Of a DNA stretch of 64,000 nt, positions 40,191-56,028 are shown in pieces (the stretch's first letter is position 1; every line of letters begins with the position of its first letter). A program made the translations under genes and the position numbers. The DNA lies in the NCBI GenBank assembly GCA_964016885.1, contig OZ024745.1, positions 96,348,001-96,412,000 on the forward strand, read 5' to 3'. The notes beneath the pieces are model-generated. The model searched no databases. It saw only the letters and a program-made list of their open reading frames with translations, and was not told the origin of the DNA. Source of the stretch: Eledone cirrhosa. Lineage: Eukaryota.

Positions 40191-41403
40191 ATAAAACTTG
40201 ATACGGTTTATTTATAAATTATTCTAAAATTCCTTTTTTGTGTCAAGCATCACATTGTCTTGAACGTCAGAGGAATATTAGTTTAATAATTCATACTAGA
40301 TTTACATCAATAATAGAACACATTTCTCCATTGATAATAAGCTCAGAAATTTGACGTAAAATATCTAATAAACTTTTGGAGCCTGGATTCTATGATTTTA
40401 TATAATTATTTTTATAAATTATACATCTACAACTTCTTGTAATAAACTCAATGGCAGTTACTACATAAATACATAAATATAGAAATATACGAGAAAAAAT
40501 TATATTAACTGCTAATTTAGTAAATCTCGGTTGAAATAACTCGGAATTATGCATTTAACAATGATGTAATTTTCAGCGAAAAACATTATCATCACCGATA
40601 GCAACAATAACAGCCATAATGACAAGAAATAAATATTTTTTCAAGTTTATTTTACGTGGTTGTTTACAATAGCATCAAACCTTAAATATAAGCTGTCACA
40701 CGTTATGTTGGTAGACAGGGATTGATTTATAGGAATATTTGAAAATGAGATCCGAAATGAAACATATTCCAGATCATTTATAAACGATAATAAAATAGAA
40801 TTATATTCGGATCTGAAATTGAGTAATGTAACAGAAATGCACCTAAACGCATGTATAATAAATAAATAAATAAATAAATGAATGAATAGTTGCGCAACGA
40901 TATCAAAACAAATTGTCTCATCTTTCTCATTTAATCTGTTAACATTGTCTGATGTACTCCTCCGTATTACATAACCATTTCCAGGATGTGTACCGATACA
41001 CATGGAGCCATGAATTGATTGAGTAGGCGAAACCAGTTTTATATGTTTATATATAATGACAGACAGCTAACCTTAGCTTAGAATGCGCGCGCATCTTGTT
41101 TACGACCATCTACTTAACGAACTTTCTAGAATGCATAATATAAAAATATAATATTTTTTTTTCTCTTTAAATAATCTCATCAAAAGGATATTATCTGTCA
41201 TTGACAAGATTATCTAAATTTGGTATTCAATTCTGTCTTTGAATATGAATATAAAATCTTGATATTTTGCATTTATATGGCTGTTTTCCTGTACCGTGCC
41301 ATCACCTGTGTAGATGGTTACATAAAATGATTTACATGTTTTATACGCAATGTCATATTCAATCTGTACATTAAATCGACATTGACGCGCACAAACACAC
41401 GCA

Positions 41404-41498
<95 letters not shown>

Positions 41499-42639
41499 AC
41501 ACACACACACATACCTACACAAACTAGCTACACTGTGTCCTTGTAGTTCGTTTGAACATGTGTGTATGTATGTGATTCTATGTATGATCGAGGAGGTATG
41601 ATTGTATGTGTTTGTTACGACAAAAATATCTTTTTATAAACCAGGGAATGTACTCAATCGAAAGAAAAAAACTGTTGTCGGGTCATGATAGAGCAATATG
41701 GCAGACAATAAAAATGAAATAAATGTCTGCTTTGACTGTCAAATGCATATGAGAGATGGTGGGTGTTAAAATCAATAATATGTGATGGAAATAATTCACA
41801 GTGACACACAACACACACATAACATATAACACATATCACACATACGCACATAACAGACAACACAGATACATACACATCATACAAATAACACACATACACG
41901 TAAAAAATAACGCAAATACATACATAAAATACATCGCATAGCACATATACACACGCAGTACACATCACACAAACACACACACACACACACACACAACATA
42001 TATAAAGACATAAAACAGTTACAACTATACAAATGTTACATTTTTGCTTTTTTTAAATATAAAATAGCTAGATGAAATAAACAGAAATGATAGCTTATAA
42101 ATGTTAGAGATCTCAGACAAATATGATACATACACATTTAAATATAATTATAAAATAACCGTCAGAAATGTCAAATTACAAAATACAATTACGATCATAA
42201 TCCTCAAATAACGAAATACAGTAATTCCATTTTATTCGATATTTACATAATGTTTGTTAGAAAATAAAGTTGAATCCCTTGCAAAAATGTGTTATACAAC
42301 TCATAAATGTAAGACAATATTAATATCGAATATAACTGGAAATGTTTGTTAAATATTTCATAAACAATATCATCCAGTTATTGAAGATAACTAAAAACAT
42401 GATAAAAGAGATGGAACCAATTGAATCGATCACTGAATATTATTGTTTGTTATATTTGTCCATTGGTGGTGCCTGGCAAAGTCGATTACAGAGAGATTAA
42501 TTTATTTTCATGTGTACGTCTGACGAGATAAGATGGCGCCCATATACTGTTCAGGCTGCGTGAGACTAGCTGATATAAGGTAGCAAACAAAATGTACATT
42601 ATCTGGTTCAACACATATTACTATTCTTATCATGAAGTT

Positions 42640-42955
42640 GCTTTGCTTAGTGGTTAGAGTATGCGGCATACGATCGAAAGGTCGTGAGTTCAATTTCCGG
42701 TGGGATGTTGTTTCCTTGAGCAAGATACTTTATTTCACATCACTCTAGTTTACTAAGCTGGAAAAAATGAGTTGTACCTGTAATTGAAAAGGCCAGCCTT
42801 GTTACATACTGTGCCACCCATGAATTGCCTGAAAGGTTACATCAAGGGTATACGTGCCTCTGGAATGCTCAATCACTTGCACTTTATTTTCACGTGCAGG
42901 CTGTTACATTGGTCAAGCAACTGGAACACTCATCGTCGGAACCAACGGAGGTCCA
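42640..42955 (+). mobile_element. SINE family B, full length
   Basis: GCTTAGTGGTTAG A box, GAGTTCAATTTCC B box, CORE-like CCTTGAGCAAGATACTT. Confidence 0.8.
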
Positions 42956-43335
42956 ACAGCAACAACACTATTGTTATTTAGACATATACATCCAGGCATA
43001 GATAAGTGATACTAAACATTATTCTCCTTAAGATTTTCAGGGAGGAACACAACGGCACGTGTTTCAATTACATTCCCCTGTAGGATTTGAACAACAGACT
43101 TTCAAAACATTTGACTGTTATTTCTTAAATTTGTAAGTTAGACCGAACTAATCAAAGTTGATTGGATCATCGAGATTTTATCGACATGACCATTGATACT
43201 GCACACTTATCTGAACTCTTGACTTTTCCGCAAATAGTCTGATATCTCATTGCATCCACCATCTGTTTTGATTCCAGTCCTATTGTATTCTTCTACAATA
43301 GTATGTTTACGAGTACTAGAAATAAAGACAATTTC

Positions 43336-43435
<100 letters not shown>

Positions 43436-43511
43436 GTGTGGGAGTGTATATATATAAACACTGAAGGTTATCGATTAGTTAGCGTTTCTTTGCTTAAACT
43501 TCAATATGTTA

Positions 43512-43551
<40 letters not shown>

Positions 43552-43553
<2 letters not shown>

Positions 43554-43699
43554 TATATTCTCGTACAGATATTTTTGCATACACAATAACAAAATATAAA
43601 CAAACATATTTATTTCACGAGGCTCGATAAGGATAAATATATATCAAATATATAAGAACCCTAGAGCAAATCCCGAGTAACGCCGGGCCCTTCTGTTAG
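43552..43699 (+). mobile_element. Helitron-like 3' terminus
   Basis: CCCG agtaacgc CGGG hairpin, 8 nt, TTAG|T; the homologous minus-strand copy at 56029-56160 ends in intact CTAG|T. Confidence 0.6.
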
Positions 43700-44716
43700 T
43701 AATTATTAAAGCTAAGGTTTATGTTAAACGGAAGATAATCTAGACAAAATAGTGCCAAACTTCATTCTCGATGTTAATATTTCCTCCAAATATTAACATT
43801 TTAAAATATGGATCGAGACGAATATAGCTCTGTGCTTCATAAAATGGCGGCTATATAGCTAAAATTATATTTTATTTTACAAAGCTGAAAACAAATCGAT
43901 CTTTGAAAACAATAAAACTGTAAATATTGTTTATAACTTATAGAAGAAGAACTGGAATATAAGTTCTTGTGAAGTGTTTAATAACATCAACGTGAAAGAT
44001 AAGAAAATGTATTCTGAGATTCTGTGTTATTTTGGAACTGGGAATGTGTCATGGATTTGCTGACTGTAAAAATATGATTCCTTGAAGATTAAATACAAAA
44101 CGAAATGATTTATATTTCATATATTTTTCGAACTCATATATGTCGCCCTTACTCCATCAATATATGTTAATTCTAAGTTAGACAAACTTATTCACTTAGA
44201 CGTTACAAATCAGGCCAGGTTTGTTGTGTTTCAACGAAAGGTCAACCACTATTTCTGATTCAGAGAAAAAAGAATTGTTTGTTGTCAATGGATATAACGA
44301 TTTAAGACGCGTTATAATAATAGACATGTCATAATTTATGACATAGACAGGAGGCCACAAAATTGGTGGGAGGAGTTTAGACGATTTGGTGAACTTTAAC
44401 TCATACAGCCGTCACTCATATATGACTTGGTAGTATATACTATGCTTTTGTTAAAAGTTTTCGGAACCCATTCATTCATGTGCGGACACAATCTTACGCT
44501 GGCTAGAAGCAGAGAGGGCTGCACCAACACAGGGCTGATACTTTCATTATAAACCTCAAAAGAATAAAATGTAAATTGAACTTCGTCGGGATCTGAAATC
44601 TGAATGTAAAAAGAAGGAACAAATATATCAACGCTCTAACGGCCCTGTTAAATCGATCACCTTGCAGAGCGTAAATAGGTGTAACCAATAGTCTAAATTA
44701 TTTTATAAGGAACTCT

Positions 44717-45408
44717 ATCGTCTTTAATAATAGTTTCTACTTTTGGCACAAGGCCAGCAATTATCCCAGTGTATTACTGGTACTTTATTATATCGACCCC
44801 GTAAGGATGAAAGGCAAAGTTAACCTCGGCGGGATTTGAACTCAGATCATAAAGGGCCGTAACTCTTTGCTGCAAAGCATGGCATCCGACCCTCTACCGA
44901 TACTGCCAAATCGTCTTTAATAATATTGGCACAAAGGCACACCTTTTGGGCGTATTATCGCTTCCCAAACGTAACTGGTTCTTAGTTTATCAAACCCGTG
45001 TGGATGAAAAGCAAAGTTAACATTGATCAGGTTTAATCTCAGAACATAAAAGGTACTTTGTGCAGTACTCTTTTGATCCTGTCTGTGAAAACAGGTTTAG
45101 TGGTTAGGGTGTTTGACTCACGATCGTAAGGTCATGAATTTCATTTCTGGTGGCGCGTAGTGTCACTGCGAAAGTCAATTTATTTCATGTCACTCCAGTT
45201 TACTTAACCGGAAAAAATTAAGTTATATCTGTAAATCAATGGGCCAGCTTTATCACACAGAGTCACATGGAATATTTCTTCCTGAGAAGTTATTTTAAAG
45301 GTACACGTGTCTGTGGAAGGATCAACCACTTACCCTTGATTTCCATGAGCAGACTGCTCCGTTGTCTAAACAACTGGAGCATTCGTCGTTGGAACCGACA
45401 CCCCAATA

Positions 45409-45469
<61 letters not shown>

Positions 45470-46000
45470 ATCTGTCACTTTTTAATCTTTTTACGATAAT
45501 GGTTTCTAATTTAGGCACAACGTTAACAGTTTGAATGAAAGGATTATGTTGAGTCCAGTATCTGACTTGATTTTATCGATGCCGAAAAGCTGAAAACTTT
45601 TGAACTCACAACGTAAAGGTCCGTAACTCTATACCAGAATGCATGTTGTCCGACAATCTACCAATACAGCCAATCCATCGCTTTATATCGGTTTATAATA
45701 ATTGTTTCTACTTTTAGCACAAGGCCAGCAATTTGAAGGGAAAAGGAAAGTCGATTAAATTGACCTCAGTGCATTACTGGTACTTTATTTTATCGACCCC
45801 ATAAGGATGAAAGCCAAAACTAACATCGGCGGTATTTGAAATTAGAACGCCCTATACCTTTTTACGCCCTATACCTTTTTACAATAATAATAAAGATTTC
45901 AATATAGACATATTGAAGGAAGAGGGCAGAATTCGATCGACAGAAAAACGTGTTATAAAACGTAAATTCTACCTCGGCGTGATTTGAACACAACGTACCA
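44717..46000. mobile_element. SINE cluster: SINE-A (44733-44909 with 16-bp TSD, ~44925, ~45495, ~45697, ~45890; minus) and SINE-B (45095-45402; plus)
   Basis: Diagnostic motifs as above; TSD ATCGTCTTTAATAATA at 44717 and 44910. Confidence 0.8.
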
Positions 46001-47574
46001 AATCATTAAAAGGAATTTTTCTTACTGCTCCATCAGTACTACTACTGTCTACCACTCAAGTGATAATTTTAAATAATAATAATAATAAAATAATAATTCC
46101 TTTTTTTAAGCAAATTCTGTAAAAATATTAGGCATATGGCGATTGATATAACGATTTCAGTTTTGGAAATGTCAATGTAATGTTATCGTAATAATTTCTA
46201 ATAAAAAAAATATACTGTCCTCCCGTTGTCATAATGATTATTTGAGAAATATAATTTTGATTTCAGAGCATTTGTGACAGGTGTCAGATCAAGAAGTGTT
46301 CCTATGAATACCATTCGCCCTCAGAAAAAAATGTTCTTCCGTATTTTAATCTTGTTGCAAACACACGGCATATTTATGAGAGAGAAAAAATGTTTTGAAT
46401 AATCTAAATATAACAATTTTTTTTTACTGGATCCAATCTGTACTACATCTGATAATGTTCTTTATCATTCTCGCATCACATTTAGCTCGACCCTATAAAA
46501 ATACATAACCTTATTAGAGAGATTTGTTATCATTGTTATGAAGGAAAAGGTCAGGTTGATTACTGTGATCACGTATTTAAAATATATTTTATTCTTGTTG
46601 ACTGTCAATTAGTGTCTAAAATGATTTCTTCTGTTAATTAGAAGCTGTGTGCAAACTATTTTCACAGTGACAAAATGTAGAATTATGAACCAAACTGCAC
46701 AAAACATTAACAGTTCTTGATAGTTAGAAACTCGGATAGAATGCGTTGTGATATTCGTTCCGGCTCGCTGAGCCCTGAGTTTAAATGACACCGAGTTCAA
46801 CCGTGATATCAAGTCGATAAATAAAGTATCTATGCATTGAGGTCAATATTTCTCTATTTTTCTTTTTCGACTTCTCAATCTCCCCAATCTCCTTATTTCT
46901 CATTGGAAGAAGCTGGTTGTGTTCGCGACTGGAGTGGTATGGGCTCCGTCAGGTTTAAATGCCAAAGACGCACAGTTTATCATGAAGGCGTCCCTACGAC
47001 TCAATTAGAAGTTAAGTCTGCATGGTACATACTTAACGAGGTAGTTAAGAAATTTTAATTCACTAAAGTTACACTCGAAGTGAGGAGAAAAAAAACTCAT
47101 TAACTTATTGATCAAATTTAGACAAGAAATGTAGAGGAGACAATCAAGAAATTTTAATTAATTAAAATAACTGATTAGAATGTGGGCAATGCTGTGATGT
47201 TCTTCGCAGTACAGAAACATCCCTGTATATGTTTTTGATATAACTGGCCCTGGAGTGGGTCAGCAAGAGAGCCTCTATATGGCCCTGTTAGAAATACCAG
47301 CCAAATGTTCCAACGTCTTAAAACGGAAGGACACACTAGTGGTTATAATTGTAGATAAGCCATATGTAATTTACAATGCTACAGATCACTCATCTGGCAA
47401 AGATGCGAGTGGTATTGTAATTAACCGCGTCACACACTGTATCACGCTGAATCTCCCTGAGAATTACATTAAAGGTACACGTGTCTGTGGAATACTCAGC
47501 TATTAATTTACCGATCAAGCTGTTTCGTTGATTGATTTCAGAGAACACTCTTCTCTGGAACCGACACAAGTACA

Positions 47575-49430
47575 ATACACACCCAGACGCATATATACAC
47601 ATATACACATACACACTCAGATACACATACACACACAGACACACACATACACATACACACTCAGACACACATATATACACATACACACTCAGATACACAT
47701 ATATACACATACACACTCAGATACACATATATACACATACACACTCAGACACACATATATACACATACACACTCAGATATACACATACACATACACATAC
47801 ACACACAGAGATACACACATACACACTCAGACACACATACACATATACACTCAGATATACACATAAACATACACACTCAAATACGCACATACACATACAC
47901 ATACACACAGATACACACATACACACTCAGACACACATACACATATACACTCAGATATACACATAAACATACACACTCAAATACACACATACACATACAC
48001 ACATACCCACTCAGACACACATACACATATACACTCAGATATACGCATAAACACACACTCAAATACACACATACACAGATACACATACACACTCAGACAC
48101 ACATACACATACACACACACAGATACACATATACACACTCAGACACACATACACATATACACTCAGATATACACAAACATACACACTCAAATACACACAT
48201 ACACATACACACACACAGATACACACATACCCACTCAGACACACATACACATATACACTCAGATATACACATAAACATACACACTCAAATACACACATAC
48301 ACATACACACATACCCACTCAGACACACATACACATATACACTCAGATATACACATAAACATACACACTCAAATACACACATACACACACACACACACAG
48401 ATACACACATACCCACTCAGACACACATACACATACACACACACAGATACACACATACACACTCAGACACACATACACATATACACTCAGATATACACAT
48501 AAACATACACACATACACACACACAGATACACACATACACACTCAGACACACATACACATATACACTCAGATATACACATAAACATACACACTCAAATAC
48601 ACACATACACACACACAGATACACATATACCCACTCAGACACACATACACATATACACTCAGATATACACATAAACATACACACTCAAATACACACATAC
48701 ACATACACACACACAGATACACACATACACACTCAGACACACATACACATACACAGATACACACATACACACTCAGACACACATACACATATACACTCAG
48801 ATATACACATAAACATACACACTCAAATACACACATACACATACACACACACACAGATACACACATACCCACTCAGACACACATACACATATACACTCAG
48901 ATATACACATAAACATACACACTCAAATACACACATACACACATACACACTCAGATACACACATACCCACTCAGACACACATACACATATACACTCAGAT
49001 ATACACATAAACATACACACTCAAATACACACATACACATACACACATACCCACTCAGACACACATACACATATACACTCAGATATACACATAAACATAC
49101 ACACTCAAATACACACATACACACTCAGACACACATACACGTACACACACACAGATACACACATACACACTCAGACACACATACACATATACACTCAGAT
49201 ATACACATAAACATACACACTCAAATACACACATACACAGATACACACATACACACTCAGACACACATACACAGACACACACACACACACACACAGATAC
49301 ACACTCAGACACACATACACATATACACTCAGATATACACATAAACATACACACTCAAATACACACATACACACATACACACTCAGATACACACTATACA
49401 CACCCAGATACACACCCAGATACACAGATA
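47575..49430. repeat. CA-rich minisatellite with CACTCAG/CACTCAAA modules
   Basis: Recurring CACTCAGATATACACATAAACATACACACTCAAATAC; it begins at the 3' end of a SINE-B fragment (47425-47567). Confidence 0.9.
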
Positions 49431-49667
49431 CCCCCTTCCCCACACAAATGACATGATGATCACGACTGGTTCAGCTTTGTTTAACACCAACTAATGAAGG
49501 GCCATTGACGTGCTCACTCGACCTTCTAGAAATAGCAGTCAAATCTCCCTTAAATCACATTCCACCATTTAAACTGGAATGATACACTAGATTAAGCAGA
49601 TCTAGCCAAAAACAACAGCATGGTAACATCTAGAAAGGTTGGCTCTATTGGAGCTGTCCAAGCGTAA

Positions 49668-49923
49668 AACAACATTAACACTTCTATCGCCCCCCCCCCC
49701 CGCCACCACCAACAACAACAACATTAACACTCCCATCACTACCCCCCCACCGCCACCAACAACAACATTAACACTCCCCCCCCCAACAACAACAACAACA
49801 TTAACACTCCGATCACTACCCCCCACCACCAACGACAACATTAACACTCCCATCACTACACCCCCCCACCCCCACCACCAACAACAACATTAACACTCCC
49901 ATCACTTCCCACCCACCACCACC

Positions 49924-49954
<31 letters not shown>

Positions 49955-50065
49955 TTAACACTCCCATCACTCCCCCCCACCACCTACAACAACAACAATA
50001 TTAACACTCCCATCACTACCCTTCCCCCCACCACCACCACAAACAACAACAATAACAACATTAAC
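49668..50065 (+). repeat. Short direct repeat AACATTAACACTCCCATCACT with variable C/CCA/CAA spacers (~8 copies)
   Basis: Direct inspection. Confidence 0.8.
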
Positions 50066-50089
50066 AACAACATCAGCAGAATCATCACC

Positions 50090-50456
50090 AATCAACATCG
50101 ACACCACCACCACCACCATCAACAACAACAACAACAAAAACAGCACCACCAACTACAACAATAACAACACCAATACTACCAGCAGCAGCAGCATCATCAC
50201 TATAAACATCAATACCACCATCACCTCCAGCTACACCGGCACCACCACCACCAACTACAGCAACAACAACAACAACAACAACAATGGCAATAACAACAGC
50301 AACAACAGAAACAACATCTATAGCAGCAGCAACAACAACAACAACAACAATGACAATAACAACAGCAACAGAAACAACAACAACAACAACAACAATGACA
50401 ATAACAACAGCAGAAACAACAACAACAACATCTATAGCAACAACAAGAACAACAAG

Positions 50457-50490
<34 letters not shown>

Positions 50491-50537
50491 GCAATAACAA
50501 CAGAAACAACAACAATAACAACATCTATAGCAGCAGC

Positions 50538-50571
<34 letters not shown>

Positions 50572-50689
50572 GCAATAACAACAGCAACAACAGAAACAAC
50601 AATGACAACATCTATAGCAGCAACAACAACAACAACAACAACATCTATAGCAGCAGCAACAACAACAACAACAACATCTATAGCAGCAG

Positions 50690-50721
<32 letters not shown>

Positions 50722-52192
50722 GCAATAAGAACAGCAACAACAGAAACAACAACAACAACATCTATAGCAGCAGCAACAACAACAACAACAACAACAATGG
50801 CAATAAGAACAGCAACAACAGAAACAACAACAACATCTATAGCAGCAACAACAACAACAACAACATCTATAGCAGCAGCAGCAACAACAACAACAACAAC
50901 AACAACAATGGCAATAAGAACAGCAACAACAGCAATAACAACAACAACATCTATAGCAGCAGCAACAACAACAACAACATCTATAGCAACAACAACAACA
51001 ACAACAGAAACAACAACAACATCTATAGCAGCAACAGCAACAACAACAACAATGGCAATAACAACAACAACAGAAACAACAACAACAACATCTATAGCAG
51101 CAACAGCAACAACAACAACAATGGCAATAACAACAACAACAGAAACAACAACAACAACATCTATAGCAACAACAACAACAACAACAGAAACAACAACAGC
51201 AACAACAGAAACAACAACAACAACATCTATAGCAGCAGCAACAACAACAACAACAATGGCAACAACAGCAACAACAGAAACAACAACAACATCTATAGCA
51301 ACAACAACAATGGCAATAACAGCAACAACAGAAACAACAACAACAACATCTATAGCAGCAACAACAACAATGGCAATAACAACAACAACAGAAACAACAA
51401 CAACAACATCTATAGCAACAACAACAACAACAACAGAAACAACAACAGCAACAACAGAAACAACAACAACAACATCTATAACAGCAGCAACAACAACAAC
51501 AACAATGGCAACAACAGCAACAACAGAAACAACAACAACATCTATAGCAACAACAACAATGGCAATAACAGCAACAACAGAAACAACAACAACAACATCT
51601 ATAGCAGCAACAACAACAACAACCACAATGGCAATAACAACAGCAACAACAGAAACAACAACAACAACATCTATAGCAGCAACAACAATAACAACAACAA
51701 CAATGGCAATAACAGCAACAACAGAAACAACAACATCTATAGCAGCAACAACAACAACAACCACAATGGCAATAACAACAGCAACAACAGAAACAACATC
51801 TATAGCAGCAACAACAACAACAACAACAATATCAACAATGATAACAATAACAACAATAATAATTGTTTCTACTTTTGGTACAAGGTCAACAAATACTCAG
51901 TACACCAGTACATTACTGGTACTTTATTTTATCCACCCCGTAAGGATGAAAGGCAAAGTTAACCTCGGCGGGATTTGAACTCAGACCGTAAAGGGGCGTA
52001 ACTCTGCTGGAAAGCATGTCGTCCGACCCTCTACCGATACTGCCCATTCATCGCCCTTACAACAACAATAATAACAGCAACCACTACAGCAGCAGCAACA
52101 ATAACAACAACAACAACAACAATGACAACAATGACGACAACAACAGCAACAGCAACAACAACAACAGCAACAATATCAGCAACAACAACAAC
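50090..52192 (+). repeat. (ACA)n-based modular triplet array interrupted by SINE-A (51857-52058)
   Basis: Modules TCTATAGCA, ATGGCAATA and GAA in an ACA background. Confidence 0.9.
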
Positions 52193-53087
52193 TAGATCTG
52201 GATCACATGCTATGGAAAATATAATTTAACTTTAAACATCTCATTCAATCTGCAAGAGAGTATTTCTGAAGATTCTAGCATTAAGATATGTCAAAGAAGA
52301 AGAAATTTCTAACCCTACTCTAAAATATACTAAATTATTGTTACATTGAATGTTATGTTGAAGCGAAATTACTTTATTCAAATATATTTGGTTATTTTCC
52401 AAGTTAGCTAAGCAATTGATGACAATGGAATTTTAAGTAAACCAGCCTTACCAATATATTATTGCTGTCTGTGTTTGGAATATATTAACAGTTCAACATT
52501 ATATATTCTGACTGAGAGAAAATATGTTGTTCTGACTACGTAAAACGAAATTGAATGAGACCCTGTTAGATTGAAATTTCGAACCTTCGAATGTCAATAT
52601 CATACGTTATTTGTGGGGTTTACAATCACCAAAATATTTGAGTATAATACTAGAAATATTTTTTCTATAAAATTAATTCATTCATATGTTCATTAGACAA
52701 TATATTTTTAAAGATCTTTCTAATCACATAGTTACAATCTCGCGCTTCACTACTTCTTAGATTTTATGTTATTCTTGTTCATTCATCTAAATTCAGTTTT
52801 CCAGATATATTACTATTAGAAAAACATTAATTATTGAAACTGCGTTTATATATTCTTTAGTGAAGTTCTTGGTTAATGAGGAGGAGTCAATTCATATAAA
52901 TGAATCTACGGTCTCGCTTGACCTGCTGTAAAAGCAACTAAATATTCCTCATATAACACCCAACTGTTTTCTAAAACAGGTAACACCACATTGAATAATG
53001 TGATCCTAGATAGACTACTGTCCCTGAAGAAAAGACGCAATAGTCACGACTGGAATGTTTTTAGTAAAGGTTTATTTAATGTAGAGA

Positions 53088-53405
53088 CATGTGATTTAAT
53101 GGCTACGGTGTTTAAATCACTATCGTAAGATCGTGAGTTCGATTCCTGGACCGAGCAGTGTGTTGTGTGCTTGAGCAAGACGCTTTATTTCACATTGCTT
53201 CAGTCCACACAGCTTGCAAAAATGAATTGTACCTATATTATTCATGGGGGCAACTTTGTCACATTTTGCATCACGCTGACTCTCCCCGAAAATTACGATA
53301 AGGGGGCACGTGTCTGTAGAATGCTCAGCCACTTACACGTTAACATCACGAGCAGAGAATTCCGTTGATTGAATCAATTGGAGCAGTCATCGTCGTAAAC
53401 GACGG
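53088..53405 (+). mobile_element. SINE family B, full length
   Basis: B box GAGTTCGATTCC and CORE-like GCTTGAGCAAGACGCTT. Confidence 0.8.
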
Positions 53406-55767
53406 CGGTCAAACATTATTTGATCAGGCTTGACTTGTGACTAAATAAGAACAACCACATAGCCTGTACTGAATCAGTTACTAAGTGTATATGACCAGAA
53501 AATAGAGTTAGGTCGCTGAACAAATTCTAACTGCCGATTGATCTCCAGGCAGCCTTAAAGTATTTGAATATCTCTCGGGTAAACAAAATTAAATTTCTAT
53601 CAATTATTGTTTATATTTCAAATAAAGTTCCTAAAATATTACATGAATTTTATATTTGAAAGAAGTTTGTTTCGTTCATCTGATTAATATTATAATTCCT
53701 AGCAATATTCCAACCAGGGAAATTATCTGAAGATCATAGAATTCGGAAAACAACAGAAAAACGCAGGTTTTAATCTTTTGATCTCATCTCATTTGAATGC
53801 TTATTGACAATGTTTTCCTAAATTGAAGAATGTTTACACTGACATTAGGAATTAATCTTATAAAGCCTGTATTTCATTGTAGCATTAACCGAAGAGAAAT
53901 GCTTTACGCCTGGATAGGATGTGAGTCTATAGTAAGCAACGCTTGTCGAATATAATATCTATGTTTACATCTAATTCAATTAATATATTAAGAGTTATAT
54001 AGGAATATATACATAATATTGGAATAAAAATAAAAATCCTCATCTTAAACATCAGTGATGTGTTGAAATACTTTCAATGAGACTGGCGGGGAAGCTGGCT
54101 TGCTCTAGAATCAATACACAAAGACACGAGTGGTGAACCTTTAACTCAATAGCAGTTACAGTTTTAAATCACCCGGGAGATTTGAAGCTGTACATGCTTA
54201 AGTATTTAAATCAGTTTTTTCCGTTCATAAGTTCATGTCTCAGAAACATAATTGGAAATATATATATTTGCAAAAAGGAAATTTGCAAAAGTTTAAATTG
54301 ATGATGAAATGTTAAGGACTATGTAAATATTCTACAAGTCCATTAATGGCTACAGTAAGGTGAAACTGCTTGCAACATAACTTCAGCTAGTCGAGAGTTT
54401 ATTAAAAATTCAAAACCCGAGGAATGCATCGGCAAATGATAAATGAATAAATGTAAAGTGTAAGTATTTTCTGAGTGAAAAGGAAACCATTATATGACGT
54501 TGAAAGCATAAGTCTTTTATTAAGATAGAAATGAAAGATAAGAAAGTGAAAACTTCGTTTGTTGTTACTTAACAATCATAATGATAATGTATGTTGGTAG
54601 GTATGTAATAATTAAGTCTTACACCCCCTCCCCAGTTCCTGTCTCGAATCATATTAATATTGTTTCAATCTTCTCCAGAGACAACGAAGGGAAGACGAGG
54701 AATGAGATTTGTTGTTTCAGCTTTTCCCCAGAGCACCAGTGAAATGAAAATAACTTCCACTCCAAATTGAAACACTGTAGCAATGCTGCTTCATAAGATA
54801 TTTACCGTAGTTATTCGGTGCTCACAACATCCTTTATAAATATTAATTTCTTACACCGATACAATACCAACAATTTGTAAAGTATATCTAGAGTCGAGTA
54901 AATTGACTAAAGTCCTTATCTAGAATGTTGAAATACAAAACCGACTCCGGCAGATTTGAACTCAGATCGTAGAGGAACGTAACTATAAACCACAAAGCGA
55001 TTAGTTCCGGACACTATCATTTCTCTTGCTACATTATCATCCATCATCCATCATTACACAAATAACGAAGCACTAAAGAACACCCTATTCCACATTCGCC
55101 TTTTCTCTACTTTCACATTTATAAATTTCACCTACCTGATTTATATATTTCACAAACGTCACAGCACTGCAATTTACAAATGTTTATTTAAGGATACAAT
55201 TTCTATAGGTCCAAGCAACGGAATCACTGAAGCGTCTCATATTGAAAAAATCGTTCTCAGCATCCAACGACCTTATTACACAATAAATGTAATATTCACT
55301 CCTCTACCTGCAGTTCGCTTCCATTTATCAACAATCGATATCCAACTCCCCAAACAAAGATTATAGGGTTCCATCGCCATATCTCTTAAATCTCTTTTAA
55401 CATCTATTAGAATGAAGCATCCAGTAACATAATTTAGCACTTCTACCTCTAAACCATTCCCGACAGATTTCCACCACGAATAGCAATGTTATTATGTTGT
55501 AGCAGCGAAATTCATCCATGCAAATGTATTTGATTATTTTCTAAAATAGTTAACCAAGTGCTTACAATAGAATTTGAAGACCCGCCCTTGACAATTTCTC
55601 GTCGTTGTATGTGCCTGGAATATATTATTGGCATTTCGAATGCATATAGTAAAAAATTCAACGAAAGATTTCACTGAAAAGAAAAAAAGATTATTTTCAA
55701 TAATCCGGTTGTAATTTCTTTCAGAAAACATTAATTCTAGCCACTACCCTAACCTCTCAACACTCTT

Positions 55768-55842
55768 ATCACCACCACCACCACCACCATCAACAACAAC
55801 AACAATAACGACAACAGCAATAGCATCAGCAACAGCACCACT

Positions 55843-55894
<52 letters not shown>

Positions 55895-55925
55895 CTATCA
55901 TCATCATCTTCATCATCATTATTAT
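55768..55925. repeat. Compound (CCA)/(CAA)/(CAT) microsatellite
   Basis: Direct inspection. Confidence 0.9.
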
Positions 55926-56028
55926 GATCATTGTACAGGTTTATTTTCGATATAATTCTATTTGCATGCTGTAACAGCTCTTTTATAAAGGATTTCCAGC
56001 TTTTGTCTTTTCTGAACTTTAGTAATTA

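Noticed and set aside
42640-42715. tRNA genes at SINE heads (also 7270-7345, 12133, 45095, 53088)
   Set aside because: A/B boxes are present but cloverleafs are degenerate and continue into SINE bodies.
49668-50065. CRISPR array
   Set aside because: Eukaryotic context, low-complexity variable-length spacers and no cas genes.
52200-55750. Host exons in the long unique-looking AT-rich stretch (also 40300-41300, 43700-44700, 46000-47250)
   Set aside because: No ORF with a recognisable domain or coding bias; small exons cannot be excluded without RNA-seq.
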